64,000 nt of DNA, taken from the NCBI GenBank assembly GCA_963826115.1, contig CAWGVS010000004.1, forward strand, positions 128,001 to 192,000, in the 5' to 3' direction. Under the pieces are notes generated by a model. It worked only from the letters and a program-made list of their open reading frames with translations, made no database searches and had not been told where the DNA came from. Origin of the DNA: an uncultured Candidatus Rokubacteria bacterium (GTDB lineage Bacteria > Methylomirabilota > Methylomirabilia > Rokubacteriales > DASRDR01). Position numbers and translations under genes: made by a program. Below are positions 26,882 through 35,709 of this stretch, in pieces. Position 1 is the first letter of the stretch. Every line of letters begins with the position of its first letter.

Positions 26882-29118
26882 TGCTGGAATCCGGTGAACC
26901 CCCGCCCAAATCCATATTGCCCTAGTTCGAGCAGGTTGATCGTGATCCGGAACTCGTCCTCGTCGACCCGATCGATGAAGGCCGCGGTAATGCCCCAGCA
27001 CTGCTCGCGGAAGTCGACCTCGAGGCGGTTCTCGATGACGGTGCCGGTGTCGGTGTTGTAGTCGCTCGAGAACCGGACCGCCCAGCGGGTGCCGATCTTG
27101 GCTTCCAGGGAGCCCTGGATGTAGACCAGCCGGCCGTTGTCGCCGTGGCGCGTCCCGAAGGAGGCACGCCACCGCGTCGCCTCGTAGGAGAGATCGGTGG
27201 TGGCGGCCGTGACGCGCGCCTCGTAGGGGTCGAAGGACGCCGTCCCCCGGAACCGGACGCCGTAGAAGGGCTCCAGGATGAGATCGGCGAGCACGTCGGA
27301 GAACCGCTTCGGCGTGGTGCTCGTCGTGACCGTGGTGGTGGTGTCGGTCTCCTGCGCGAGCCGGCGGCGGCGCGCGGCCGCGGTCGTCGTCGTGGTGGGG
27401 GGTGGGTTGTTGACGATGATCGTCGTCACGTTCGGCTCGGGGTCGATCAAGTAGGTCTGACTGAGGGTGAAGCGGATGAGCTCCCACACGCGCCCGGGGC
27501 GGTCCTCCTGGCCGACCGCGCGCGCCTTCAGCCGGTTCGTCAGGGAGTAGGTGACGGTGTGGCCGGGCGTGATGGTGTCGATCCCGTCCCACTGGGGCAG
27601 ATCGTTCGAGTCGTCCCCGTCGAGGAAGTTGTAGCTGATTCGTGGCTCGATCACGTGCTGGAGCTTCGCGATGCCCCAGGCCCCGTCGGCGTCGAACACG
27701 CGGTACGCGCGCGCGTCGAAGTCGGCGCCCGCCTCGAAGAGGGAGCGCACGGTGAGCTCCTTCTTCGTCTTCTCCACGGCGAAGCCGTCGTCGATGGTCT
27801 CGCCGATGACCCGCGTGTCGTAGAGGGTCTCGCGGAAGCCGACCCGCGGCGTGATGGTGAAGAGCCCGCCGGGTGACAGGGGATAGGAGAGGCGCGGCGC
27901 CAGGTCGAGGCGCTGTCCCTCCGAGCCGATCTCGCGCACGAAGTTGTTGTAGGAGCTTTCCATGTCGAACAGGAGCCCGGGCAGGAAGGGCAGGGGCTGC
28001 TGGAAGGCGGTCATGCGGAGCTCGGGCAGTCGCTGGAGCTCCACCGCCGCGTCGGTCGTGAGGTCCTGGTAGAAGAACAGGCGGCCGAAGAAGTTCCACT
28101 TCTCCCACCGCTGCGTGAGCGAGATGTTCGACTCCAGGCGCTGGCGGCTCCGCTCGTCGAGTGTGTTGCCGAACTCGCTGAGGAACTTGTCGTCGCTGAC
28201 GCGGGCGACGTCCGCCTTCAGGACCAGGCGCGGCGTGAACTGCTCCTCGTGCTGGAGGCTCGCCACCCAGCGGTCGTGGTCGAAGTCCGGGGAGTCCTTG
28301 GTGTCGTGGAGGTAGAACCCGTCGAGCTGGCCCTTGGAGCCCTCGGTGCGGACGTAGCGGTAGGTGGCGCCGATCCCGAACCCGCGCTTCTCGAAGTAGG
28401 CCGGCGCCACCGTCAGGTCCTGGCTGTCCGACAGCACGATGTAGACGGGCTGCCGGACGAAGAACCCCTTGTCGCTGCTGCTGCCGAACGTCGGGGCGAG
28501 GAGCCCGGTGTGCCGGTCCTTGCGCAGGCTCGTCGCGAAGAACGGGATGAAGGGGACCAGGGGGACCTTCCACACCCAGAAGGACGCGCCGGTCCCCCAC
28601 AGGTAGTCGTCGAGGTAGGCGGTGGACGAGCGCATCCGGACCGACCACGCCGGGGTGTCCTCGTCCTCGCAGGTGGTGAAGACCCCGCCCGCGATGCGGT
28701 AGGCCTTGTCGCCGAACCGCTCCATGCGCTCGCCGCCGAAGAAGAAGTGGGGCTCGGCGGCGGCCGAGGCCTGGTACACGATGCCGGTCCCGGACCGGAG
28801 GTTGTACTCGATCCGCTCCCCGGTCAGCCGATCCCGGCCGTCGAAGAGGACCACGCGGCCGGTCGCAACCGCCTCGCCCGTCTCCGTGTTGACCTCGACG
28901 CGGTCCGCCTCGAGGCGGACGTCTCCCTGCTCGATCTGGACGTTCCCCTCCGCCAGGAGGAGCTTCTCCTTGTCCAGGTTCTCGACGCGGTCGGCATACA
29001 CGGTGACCGGGGTGCCGGCCTCCAGGGAGAGCCGCTGCCGCTCCTGACCCCAGCCGAGACCGGGCAGGAGGGCGAGGCACGCGACGGCAAAGACCCCGAC
29101 CAGGCGCGGAGCGGGCAC
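26878..29118 (-). CDS. lptD: LPS-assembly outer-membrane protein LptD
   Basis: Signal peptide; OstA-like N-domain (AEGNVQI, LEADRV, FTTC..PAW); RHTGLLAP; beta-barrel pattern; C-terminal QCWG; strong RBS before GTG 29118. Confidence 0.9.
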   Translation of the reverse strand: MPAPRLVGVFAVACLALLPGLGWGQERQRLSLEAGTPVTVYADRVENLDKEKLLLAEGNVQIEQGDVRLEADRVEVNTETGEAVATGRVVLFDGRDRLTGERIEYNLRSGTGIVYQASAAAEPHFFFGGERMERFGDKAYRIAGGVFTTCEDEDTPAWSVRMRSSTAYLDDYLWGTGASFWVWKVPLVPFIPFFATSLRKDRHTGLLAPTFGSSSDKGFFVRQPVYIVLSDSQDLTVAPAYFEKRGFGIGATYRYVRTEGSKGQLDGFYLHDTKDSPDFDHDRWVASLQHEEQFTPRLVLKADVARVSDDKFLSEFGNTLDERSRQRLESNISLTQRWEKWNFFGRLFFYQDLTTDAAVELQRLPELRMTAFQQPLPFLPGLLFDMESSYNNFVREIGSEGQRLDLAPRLSYPLSPGGLFTITPRVGFRETLYDTRVIGETIDDGFAVEKTKKELTVRSLFEAGADFDARAYRVFDADGAWGIAKLQHVIEPRISYNFLDGDDSNDLPQWDGIDTITPGHTVTYSLTNRLKARAVGQEDRPGRVWELIRFTLSQTYLIDPEPNVTTIIVNNPPPTTTTTAAARRRRLAQETDTTTTVTTSTTPKRFSDVLADLILEPFYGVRFRGTASFDPYEARVTAATTDLSYEATRWRASFGTRHGDNGRLVYIQGSLEAKIGTRWAVRFSSDYNTDTGTVIENRLEVDFREQCWGITAAFIDRVDEDEFRITINLLELGQYGFGRGFTGFQQ

Positions 29119-29205
29119 GGACCTCCCCCTCGACGAAGGGACCCGGCGCCCGGTCCCGTGACGTGGGTCCACTGTCGAAGTGACGCGGAGTTATGGAACG
29201 CGGGC

Positions 29206-29234
29206 ATCCTATCAGAGGCCCATCGGTGACGCAA
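29206..29234 (-). promoter_or_regulatory. Putative sigma70 promoter of the lptD/glycan operon (TTGCGT-N17-TAGGAT, with extended TG)
   Basis: Hexamers with 17-nt spacing on the minus strand upstream of lptD. Confidence 0.45.
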
Positions 29235-29364
29235 TATTTGGAACGCCGTTCCGGGGTCACCGGAGGCCCGCGAGTGGTCGAGAATCCAAGCGTTTGGGCG
29301 GGTCGTAGAGAGGAGGTGAAGGCGCCCGACGACCGTCGGTCCCGCCTGACGAAGGAGGCATCCC

Positions 29365-29709
29365 ATGCGACACGGATGGTGGTCGGGTGCCGCCGCCGGC
29401 CTGCTCCTGGGCCTCGGGCTGGCCCTGCCGGCGCTCTCCCAGGTGGCTGGTGTCGGCGCGGCCATCCGGGTATTCCAGTTCCAGCCAGGCGCGCTCCAGG
29501 TCCGGGCGGGCACCCGGGTCACGTGGACGAACCAGGACGAGATCACTCACACGGTGACCTCCGGAGTGCCGGGCAGCCCCGACGGGCGGTTCGATCTCAG
29601 CCTGGAGGGCAAGGGGACGAGCGGCAGCGCGACGTTCCCCACGCCCGGCGCCTACCCCTACTTCTGCGCGCGCCACCCCTCGATGCGCGGCGAGGTGGTC
29701 GTCCAGTAG
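29365..29709 (+). CDS. Periplasmic type-1 blue copper protein (amicyanin/plastocyanin-like cupredoxin)
   Basis: Signal peptide, VTWTNQD..HTVT, YFCARHPSM (C-x2-H-x2-M); AAGGAGG RBS. Confidence 0.88.
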   Translation: MRHGWWSGAAAGLLLGLGLALPALSQVAGVGAAIRVFQFQPGALQVRAGTRVTWTNQDEITHTVTSGVPGSPDGRFDLSLEGKGTSGSATFPTPGAYPYFCARHPSMRGEVVVQ

Positions 29710-29723
29710 TCCCGGACCGCCCG

Positions 29724-30314
29724 TCAGGTGGGGGGCGCGCCGAGCGCCGCCCGGAGCCGCCGGACCTGCTCCCGGTGGTCCAGGTAGTGGAGTCGCTGGA
29801 CCAGGGCGTACTCCTTCCACGAGAGCTCGGCGGTGAAGATCTCGGGATCGCTTCCGGGGTCGGGCGCGCCGGCCGTGAGGATGGCCGGAGCCGTCGCCGC
29901 CGGACCATCGGCCCGAGGTTGCCGGATCGCCTCCTCGAGGGCCGCGTCGAGGGCGGCGCTCGCCTCCCGGAGCCCGGCCAGGAGCTCCACCCAGGGCACG
30001 CGGTGGGCCGCGCCGGAGAGGAGGCCCTCGTAGATCGGCGGCCCTGGCGGACGGTGGCCCGCCAGGAGGTGTCGGAGCTCCTCGGCCGCGCGGACCGTGG
30101 ACTGGGCGACGTGATCGACGACCTGCGCCACCGTCCACTCGTCGGGCCGCGTCCGCCGCCGGGCCTCGGCCTCGCCGAGCCCGGCTAGCGCGGTCTCGAG
30201 CTCGGCGCCCGCGGTCCGGACGCGCGCCCGGATCCGCCCGGCATCGAGGCTGGCCGCGCGTGTGCGGAGGTAGTCGACGGTCCGGGCGCGGGCGGCCTGA
30301 GCGGCGTCAGTCAT
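29724..30314 (-). CDS. DinB family protein
   Basis: EWTVAQVVDH and HYLDHREQ His motifs; helical. Confidence 0.75.
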   Translation of the reverse strand: MTDAAQAARARTVDYLRTRAASLDAGRIRARVRTAGAELETALAGLGEAEARRRTRPDEWTVAQVVDHVAQSTVRAAEELRHLLAGHRPPGPPIYEGLLSGAAHRVPWVELLAGLREASAALDAALEEAIRQPRADGPAATAPAILTAGAPDPGSDPEIFTAELSWKEYALVQRLHYLDHREQVRRLRAALGAPPT

Positions 30315-30939
30315 GGCGATCCTCCGGCGCGTCCGTGCGCGGCCCCGGGGCGAGGAAGGCGACGAGCGCCTCCTCGGCGAGGCGGACCGCGCGGCCGAGC
30401 GGCATCAGGTCGGGATCGAAGGTGAGCTGGAGGGAGAGCCCGTCCACGAGGGCCAGGATCACCGCCGCGGCCTCGTCGGGCGGGACCCGGCGGAACGCCC
30501 CGGCGGCGGCCCCGCGGCCGACGCTCACCGCGAGGAAGCGCCGGGCGCGCGCGTACGCTCGCCGGTTCACGCGCGCGAGCTCTCGGTCGTGGAGCGCCTC
30601 GCCCCAGAGCTCGATGAGCACGGTCCAGAAGTCGCGGCTCTCCGTCGCGACCTGGAGGCACGCGCGGAGGAGCGCCCGGAGCCGGGCCCGCGCGTCGCGC
30701 GCCCCCCGGGCCTCCGTCGCCACCCGGCGGTCGAGGTCCGCCATCACGGTGGCCGCGGCGCGCCCGAGGATGGCCCGCTTGTCGCGGAAGTAGTAGTGGA
30801 GGATCCCGGGGCTGACCCCCGCCTCCGCGGCGATCCGCTTCATGGTGAGCCCGCCGTAGCCGTCCCGGGCGAGGCAGCGGATCGTCGCGCGGACGATCGC
30901 GGCGCGACGCTCGGGCGCGACGCGGGGCCGCGGGCTCAC
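30307..30939 (-). CDS. TetR/AcrR family regulator (BetI-like C-terminal domain)
   Basis: HTH: LTMKRIAAEAGVSPGILHYYFRDK; C-terminal ALVDGL. Confidence 0.92.
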   Translation of the reverse strand: MSPRPRVAPERRAAIVRATIRCLARDGYGGLTMKRIAAEAGVSPGILHYYFRDKRAILGRAAATVMADLDRRVATEARGARDARARLRALLRACLQVATESRDFWTVLIELWGEALHDRELARVNRRAYARARRFLAVSVGRGAAAGAFRRVPPDEAAAVILALVDGLSLQLTFDPDLMPLGRAVRLAEEALVAFLAPGPRTDAPEDRHD

Positions 30940-30985
30940 GCGCGGGCCGCCGGCGCGGCGGGCGGAGGGCCGAGTCGATTCATAT

Positions 30986-31007
30986 ATTGGTTGGGTGACC
31001 AATCAAT
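30986..31007. promoter_or_regulatory. Palindromic operator ATTGGTTGG-GTGA-CCAATCAAT (probable TetR site)
   Basis: 9-bp inverted repeat with 1 mismatch, AT-rich, just downstream of a TTGACG-N18-CAGACT promoter (31017-31046, minus) facing tetR. Confidence 0.7.
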
Positions 31008-31097
31008 GATCGCGCCAGTCTGCGCGCCTGCCCGCCCGCCCGTCAAGGGCGCCCGGTGGGGTCCGCGGCTGCCGCGGGCGAGGCTATACTGGGCGCC

Positions 31098-32300
31098 GTG
31101 ACGGCGCTCGCGGGACTGACCGTCCTGGACCTCACGCAGAACGTGGCCGGGCCGTACTGCACCCAGATCCTCGGCGACCTGGGCGCCGACGTGATCAAGG
31201 TCGAGCGGCCGGGCCGCGGCGACGAGACGCGCGCGTGGGCGCCGCCCCGCTGGGGACCCGAGGGGACGATCTTCCTGTCGTTCAACCGGAACAAGCGGAG
31301 CCTCGCCCTCGACGTGAAGGCGCCCGGAGCGCGGACGGTGATCGAGCGCCTCGTCCGGCGGTCGGACATCCTCGTCCAGAGCTTCCGGCCCGGCAACGCC
31401 GAGGAGCTCGGCTTCGGGGCGGCGCAGGCCCGCGCGCTCAACCCCCGGCTCGTCTACTGCTCGGTGACCGCGTTCGGCAGCCGCGGCCCGCTGCGCGGAG
31501 AGCCGGGCTACGACCCGATGATGCAGGGCTACAGCGGGTTCATGCGCCTCACCGGGCACCCGGGCCAGGCGCCGGTGCGCGCGGGCACCTCGATGGTCGA
31601 CATGGGGACCGGCATGTGGGCGGCGCTCGGCGTCCTGGCGGCGCTCCGGGCGCGCGACGAGACCGGGGTGGGCACCGAGGTGAGCGCGGCGCTCTTCGAC
31701 ACCGCGCTCGCCTGGATCCCCTACCAGCTGATGGCGTACCTCGCGACCGGCGAGGTGCTGCAGCCCCAGGGCTCGGCGGCGGCGATGATCGTTCCGTACC
31801 AGGCCTTCCCCACGACGGACGGCTGGCTCATGATCACGACGCCGACGGATGCGCTGTTCGGCCGGCTCTGCGAGGCGCTGGGGCGCCCCGACCTCGCCGC
31901 CGACCCGCGCTACCGCACCAACCCGGACCGCGTGCGGAACCGGGGAACGCTGGTGCCGGCGCTGGAGGCGCTCACCGCGCCCCACGCGACCCAGGTGCTC
32001 CTCGAGCGGCTGCGCCAGGCCGGTGTCACGGCGGCGCCCGTCCAGACCGTCGACCAGGTCGCGGCGGATCCGCAGACGAAGGCGAGCGAGATGGTGCTGC
32101 CCACGCCGCGGCCCGACCTGCCGGACCTCGCCACGGTGGCGCTGCCGGTGCGGTTCGGCGACGAGCGGCCGCTGCCGCGCCGGCCGCCGCCGCGCGTGGG
32201 CGAGCACACGATCGACGTCCTGGGCGAGCTCGGTTTCGGCGCCGACGAGATGGGCGAGCTTCGCGCCGAGGGCGTCGTCGACTGGCCGCTGCCCGACTAG
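31098..32300 (+). CDS. CaiB/BaiF family (class III) CoA-transferase
   Basis: LDLTQNVAGPYCTQILGDLGADVIKVE, NRNKRS, GYDPMMQ, PPRVGEHT. Confidence 0.93.
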   Translation: MTALAGLTVLDLTQNVAGPYCTQILGDLGADVIKVERPGRGDETRAWAPPRWGPEGTIFLSFNRNKRSLALDVKAPGARTVIERLVRRSDILVQSFRPGNAEELGFGAAQARALNPRLVYCSVTAFGSRGPLRGEPGYDPMMQGYSGFMRLTGHPGQAPVRAGTSMVDMGTGMWAALGVLAALRARDETGVGTEVSAALFDTALAWIPYQLMAYLATGEVLQPQGSAAAMIVPYQAFPTTDGWLMITTPTDALFGRLCEALGRPDLAADPRYRTNPDRVRNRGTLVPALEALTAPHATQVLLERLRQAGVTAAPVQTVDQVAADPQTKASEMVLPTPRPDLPDLATVALPVRFGDERPLPRRPPPRVGEHTIDVLGELGFGADEMGELRAEGVVDWPLPD

Positions 32301-32444
32301 GAGAGCCGTGCATCCTCTGTTCCGCCGCAGAGCCTTGAGCCAATGGGGTGGAGGGGCGTGGGGCCACAGGTCGAAGGCCGTCGGCCACAGGCCGACGGCC
32401 GTCGGACGACGCGCCGCCGCTCCGCCCCCCGTGGACAGATCAAC
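32301..32444. repeat. Structured intergenic element with a 21-bp tandem repeat
   Basis: GGCCACAGGTCGAAGGCCGTC (32362-32382) and GGCCACAGGCCGACGGCCGTC (32383-32403), flanked by complementary G-rich and C-rich arms. Confidence 0.55.
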
Positions 32445-33242
32445 GTGACCGACGTGGGCTTCCGGACGCTCCGGCTCGAGCGGTCGGCCGAGGGCCACGT
32501 TCTCACCGTGACGCTCCACCGGCCCGAGGTCCTGAACGCGATGAACACGGCCATGGGCGAGGACCTCCTGGCCTGCTTCCGGGGCCCGGCGACGGGAGCC
32601 GACGTGCGTGCGGTGGTCTTCACGGGGGCGGGAGACCGCGCCTTCTGCGTCGGGGCGGATCTCAAGGAACGCGACGGCATGTCGGACGAGACCTGGCGCG
32701 CCCAGCACGTGATCTTCGAGCAGGCCGCGATGGCCGTGCTCCGCTGCCCCGCGCCCGTCATCGCCGCGGTGGAGGGGTTCGCGCTCGGCGGCGGCTGGGA
32801 GATGGCGCTCCTCGCGGACTTCGTCGTCGCCAGCGAGAGCGCGGTGTTCGCGCTGCCCGAGGTGACCCGCGGGATCTTCCCGGGCGTGGGCGGCACCCAG
32901 CTCCTCCCGCGGATCGTGGGCGCGCCGCTCGCGAAGGAGCTCATCTTCACGGGGCGCCGCGTGGAGGCGGCCGAGGCCCGGGCGGTCGGCCTCGTGAACC
33001 ACCTCGTGCCGAAGGGCCAGGCGCGGGCGAAGGCCGCCGAGCTCGCGGCCACCATCGCCGAGAACGGGCCGGTGGCGGTGCGGCAGGCGAAGAAGGCGAT
33101 CGCCTGGGGCGGCGAGACCGACCTGGAGACGGGTCTCGTGCTGGCGATCGAGGCCTACAACGCGACGGTGGTCACCGAGGATCGGCTCGAGGGCGTGCGC
33201 GCCTTCACCGAGCGCCGGAAGCCCCGATTCCGGGGGCGGTGA
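32445..33242 (+). CDS. Enoyl-CoA hydratase/crotonase family
   Basis: RPEVLNAM, AFCVGADLKE, ALGGGWE, LPEVTRGIFPG, RKPRFRGR. Confidence 0.93.
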   Translation: MTDVGFRTLRLERSAEGHVLTVTLHRPEVLNAMNTAMGEDLLACFRGPATGADVRAVVFTGAGDRAFCVGADLKERDGMSDETWRAQHVIFEQAAMAVLRCPAPVIAAVEGFALGGGWEMALLADFVVASESAVFALPEVTRGIFPGVGGTQLLPRIVGAPLAKELIFTGRRVEAAEARAVGLVNHLVPKGQARAKAAELAATIAENGPVAVRQAKKAIAWGGETDLETGLVLAIEAYNATVVTEDRLEGVRAFTERRKPRFRGR

Positions 33243-33251
33243 GGACCAGCC

Positions 33252-34418
33252 ATGACGTCCATGAGCCTGACCCTGACCGACGAGCAGCGCGCCCTGAAGG
33301 CCGGCGTCGCCGACATCTGCAAGCGCTACCCGGGCGAGTACTGGCGGCAGCTCGACCAGGAGCGCGGCTATCCCGAGGCGTTCGTCACCGAGCTCACGCG
33401 GGCCGGGTACCTCGGGGCGCTCGTGCCGCAGGAGTACGGGGGGGCCGGGCTCGGCATCCTCGAGGGTGGGCTCATCCTGGAGACGATCAACCACTGCGGC
33501 GGGAACGGCGCCGCGTGCCACGCCCAGATGTACATCATGGGCACGGTCCTCCGGCACGGCTCGGAGGCCCAGAAGCGGCGCTACCTTCCGAAGATCGCGA
33601 CCGGCGAGCTCCGGCTCCAGGCGTTCGGGGTGACCGAGCCGAACTCCGGCTCCGACACGACGAAGCTCCAGACCACCGCCGTCCGCCGGGGCGACCGCTA
33701 CGTGGTCAACGGCCAGAAGATGTTCATTTCGCGCGTGCTCCAGTCCGACCTGATGCTGCTCCTGGCGCGCACGACTCCGGTCGACCAGGTCAAGCGCAAG
33801 ACGGAGGGCCTGTCGGTCTTCCTCTTCGACCTCCACCAGGTGACAGGCCTCGAGGTCCGGCCGATCCGCATGATGATGAACCACTCCACGAACGCGCTCT
33901 TCTTCGACAACATGGAGATCCCCGCCGAGAGCCTGATCGGCGAGGAAGGCCGCGGCTTTTCGTACATCCTCGACGGCATGAACGCCGAGCGCATCCTGGT
34001 CGCCTCGGACTCCGTCGGCGACGGGCGATGGTTCGTCGAGAAGGCGGTGGCGTACTCCAACCAGCGCGTGATCTTCGGGCGGCCGATCGGCGTGAACCAG
34101 GGCGTGCAGTTCCCCATCGCGAAGGCCCACATGGCCGTCGAGGCTGCGGAGCTCATGCGGAACAAGGCGGCGGCGCTCTTCGACGCGGGCCAGCCCTGCG
34201 GGCCCGAGGCCAACATGGCCAAGTACCTCGCGGCGGAGGCGGCGTGGGAGGCCGCCAACGCGTGCGTCGACTGCCACGGCGGCTATGGCTTCGCCGAGGA
34301 GTACGACGTCGAGCGGAAGTTCCGCGAGGCGCGCCTCTACAAGACGGCGCCCGTGAACCAGAACCTGGTCATGGCGTACATCGCCGAGCACGTCCTCGGC
34401 CTCCCGCGGTCCTACTGA
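33252..34418 (+). CDS. Acyl-CoA dehydrogenase
   Basis: VTEPNSGSDT, NGQKMFIS, GMNAER, FGRPIGVNQ, HGGYGFAEEY. Confidence 0.95.
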   Translation: MTSMSLTLTDEQRALKAGVADICKRYPGEYWRQLDQERGYPEAFVTELTRAGYLGALVPQEYGGAGLGILEGGLILETINHCGGNGAACHAQMYIMGTVLRHGSEAQKRRYLPKIATGELRLQAFGVTEPNSGSDTTKLQTTAVRRGDRYVVNGQKMFISRVLQSDLMLLLARTTPVDQVKRKTEGLSVFLFDLHQVTGLEVRPIRMMMNHSTNALFFDNMEIPAESLIGEEGRGFSYILDGMNAERILVASDSVGDGRWFVEKAVAYSNQRVIFGRPIGVNQGVQFPIAKAHMAVEAAELMRNKAAALFDAGQPCGPEANMAKYLAAEAAWEAANACVDCHGGYGFAEEYDVERKFREARLYKTAPVNQNLVMAYIAEHVLGLPRSY

Positions 34419-34421
34419 GCC

Positions 34422-35360
34422 GTGCCGCTCGCATCGGTCGATCGCGTCAGCGTCACGACCGTCATCGACAACTCGGTCGACATTCTGCGCGCGGACGAGA
34501 AGGTCGCCCGGCGCTGGAGCGTCCCGCGGGCCCGGAAGATCGCCGACCTCCGGGCCGAGCACGGCCTCGCCCACCACGTGGAGGTGACCCGGGGCCGCGA
34601 GACCGCCGCCATCGGCTTCGATTTCGGGCTCACCGCGGCGTCGATGACCCACAACTTCCACGAGCTCGGCCTCGATGCGGGGAAGATCACGGCGCTCGCG
34701 CTCTCCCACGGCCACTCGGACCACTTCGGCGGCCTGCTCGGCTTCCTCTCGGCCTACCGGCGGACCATGCCGCCCGCGCTCCGGTTCTACGGTCACCCGA
34801 ACCACTACGTGGCGCGCTTCATGGAGCGGGGCGAGGACCGCGTCTCGTTGGGGCGCCTCGACCGGGGTGACGTCGCTCGTTGGAGTGTTGATGTGGTCGA
34901 TGTCCCGGAGCCCTTAACCCTGCCGGAGGGCGTGCTGCTCTCGGGCGAGATGCGGACGCCCGAGTCCTACGAGGCGATCCCGCCGTCCCTCCGCATGGAG
35001 GAGGCGGGCGCCCTCGTCCAGGACACCTTCATCGGCGAGCAGACGCTGGTCGCCCACGTCCGGGACCGCGGGCTGGTCGTGGTGACCTCGTGCTCCCACC
35101 GCGGGATCGTCGGCATCTGCCGTCACGCGGCGCGGGTCAGCGGCGTGGCGAAGATCCACGCGGTGATCGGCGGGTTCCACCTCTCCGGGCTCGACGCAGA
35201 GCGGATCGACCGCGTCGTCGCGGCCCTCCGCGGCTTCGAGGTCGACTACCTCGTCCCTCAGCACTGCACGGGCGCGGAGGCCTTCGTCCGGCTGGCCCAG
35301 CAGATGGGGAAGGAGCTGGTCGTGAGCTCCACCGGCTCGACGTTCACCTTCGGCGGGTAG
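34422..35360 (+). CDS. Metallo-beta-lactamase fold hydrolase (DHPS-like MBL subgroup)
   Basis: AEHGL, SHGHSDHFGG, SCSHRG, GGFHL, QHCTG. Confidence 0.85.
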   Translation: MPLASVDRVSVTTVIDNSVDILRADEKVARRWSVPRARKIADLRAEHGLAHHVEVTRGRETAAIGFDFGLTAASMTHNFHELGLDAGKITALALSHGHSDHFGGLLGFLSAYRRTMPPALRFYGHPNHYVARFMERGEDRVSLGRLDRGDVARWSVDVVDVPEPLTLPEGVLLSGEMRTPESYEAIPPSLRMEEAGALVQDTFIGEQTLVAHVRDRGLVVVTSCSHRGIVGICRHAARVSGVAKIHAVIGGFHLSGLDAERIDRVVAALRGFEVDYLVPQHCTGAEAFVRLAQQMGKELVVSSTGSTFTFGG

Positions 35361-35368
35361 GCGGGTCG

Positions 35369-35680
35369 GTGGCGGACCTCCCCGTCGCCTGCAGCCTGAC
35401 CGAGCCCGAGCTGGCCGAGCGCCGGGCGGGGGTGCTCGCCGACGTGCGCCGGAGCGTCCAGGAGGCGCGCTGGCTCGCCGACGGCGTCCGGCTCCGCTTC
35501 AGCGCCACCCCGGAGTCCCTCGCGATGCTGGCGACGTTCGTCGACCTCGAGCGCCGGTGCTGCGCCTTCCTCCGGTTCCAGCTCACCGTCGACCCCGGCG
35601 GCGGTCCCGTCTGGCTCGAGCTGACCGGCCCGTCGGGCGCGCGCGAGCTCCTCCAGGCCGAGCTCGGTCCGCACCGGTAG
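35369..35680 (+). CDS. Small conserved hypothetical protein with ACSL and ExxCCxF motifs
   Basis: PVACSLT...ERRCCAFLRF; coding-like codon usage; fills the gap between the MBL and SDR genes. Confidence 0.7.
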   Translation: MADLPVACSLTEPELAERRAGVLADVRRSVQEARWLADGVRLRFSATPESLAMLATFVDLERRCCAFLRFQLTVDPGGGPVWLELTGPSGARELLQAELGPHR

Positions 35681-35709
35681 CGGCGCCGGGCCCGCGCGCC
35701 GGAGACACG

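Noticed and set aside
25772-29260. Apparent 1162-aa DegT fusion
   Set aside because: The N-terminal part overlaps lptD out of frame; the real start is 26881 (ATGA overlap).
30936-34805. 1289-aa minus-strand ORF (and similar long ORFs at 8379..11357 +, 35344..38211 -, 52834..55194 -, 21764..23935 +)
   Set aside because: Antisense shadows of well-supported genes; stop codons are rare in very GC-rich DNA and the translations contain no motifs.
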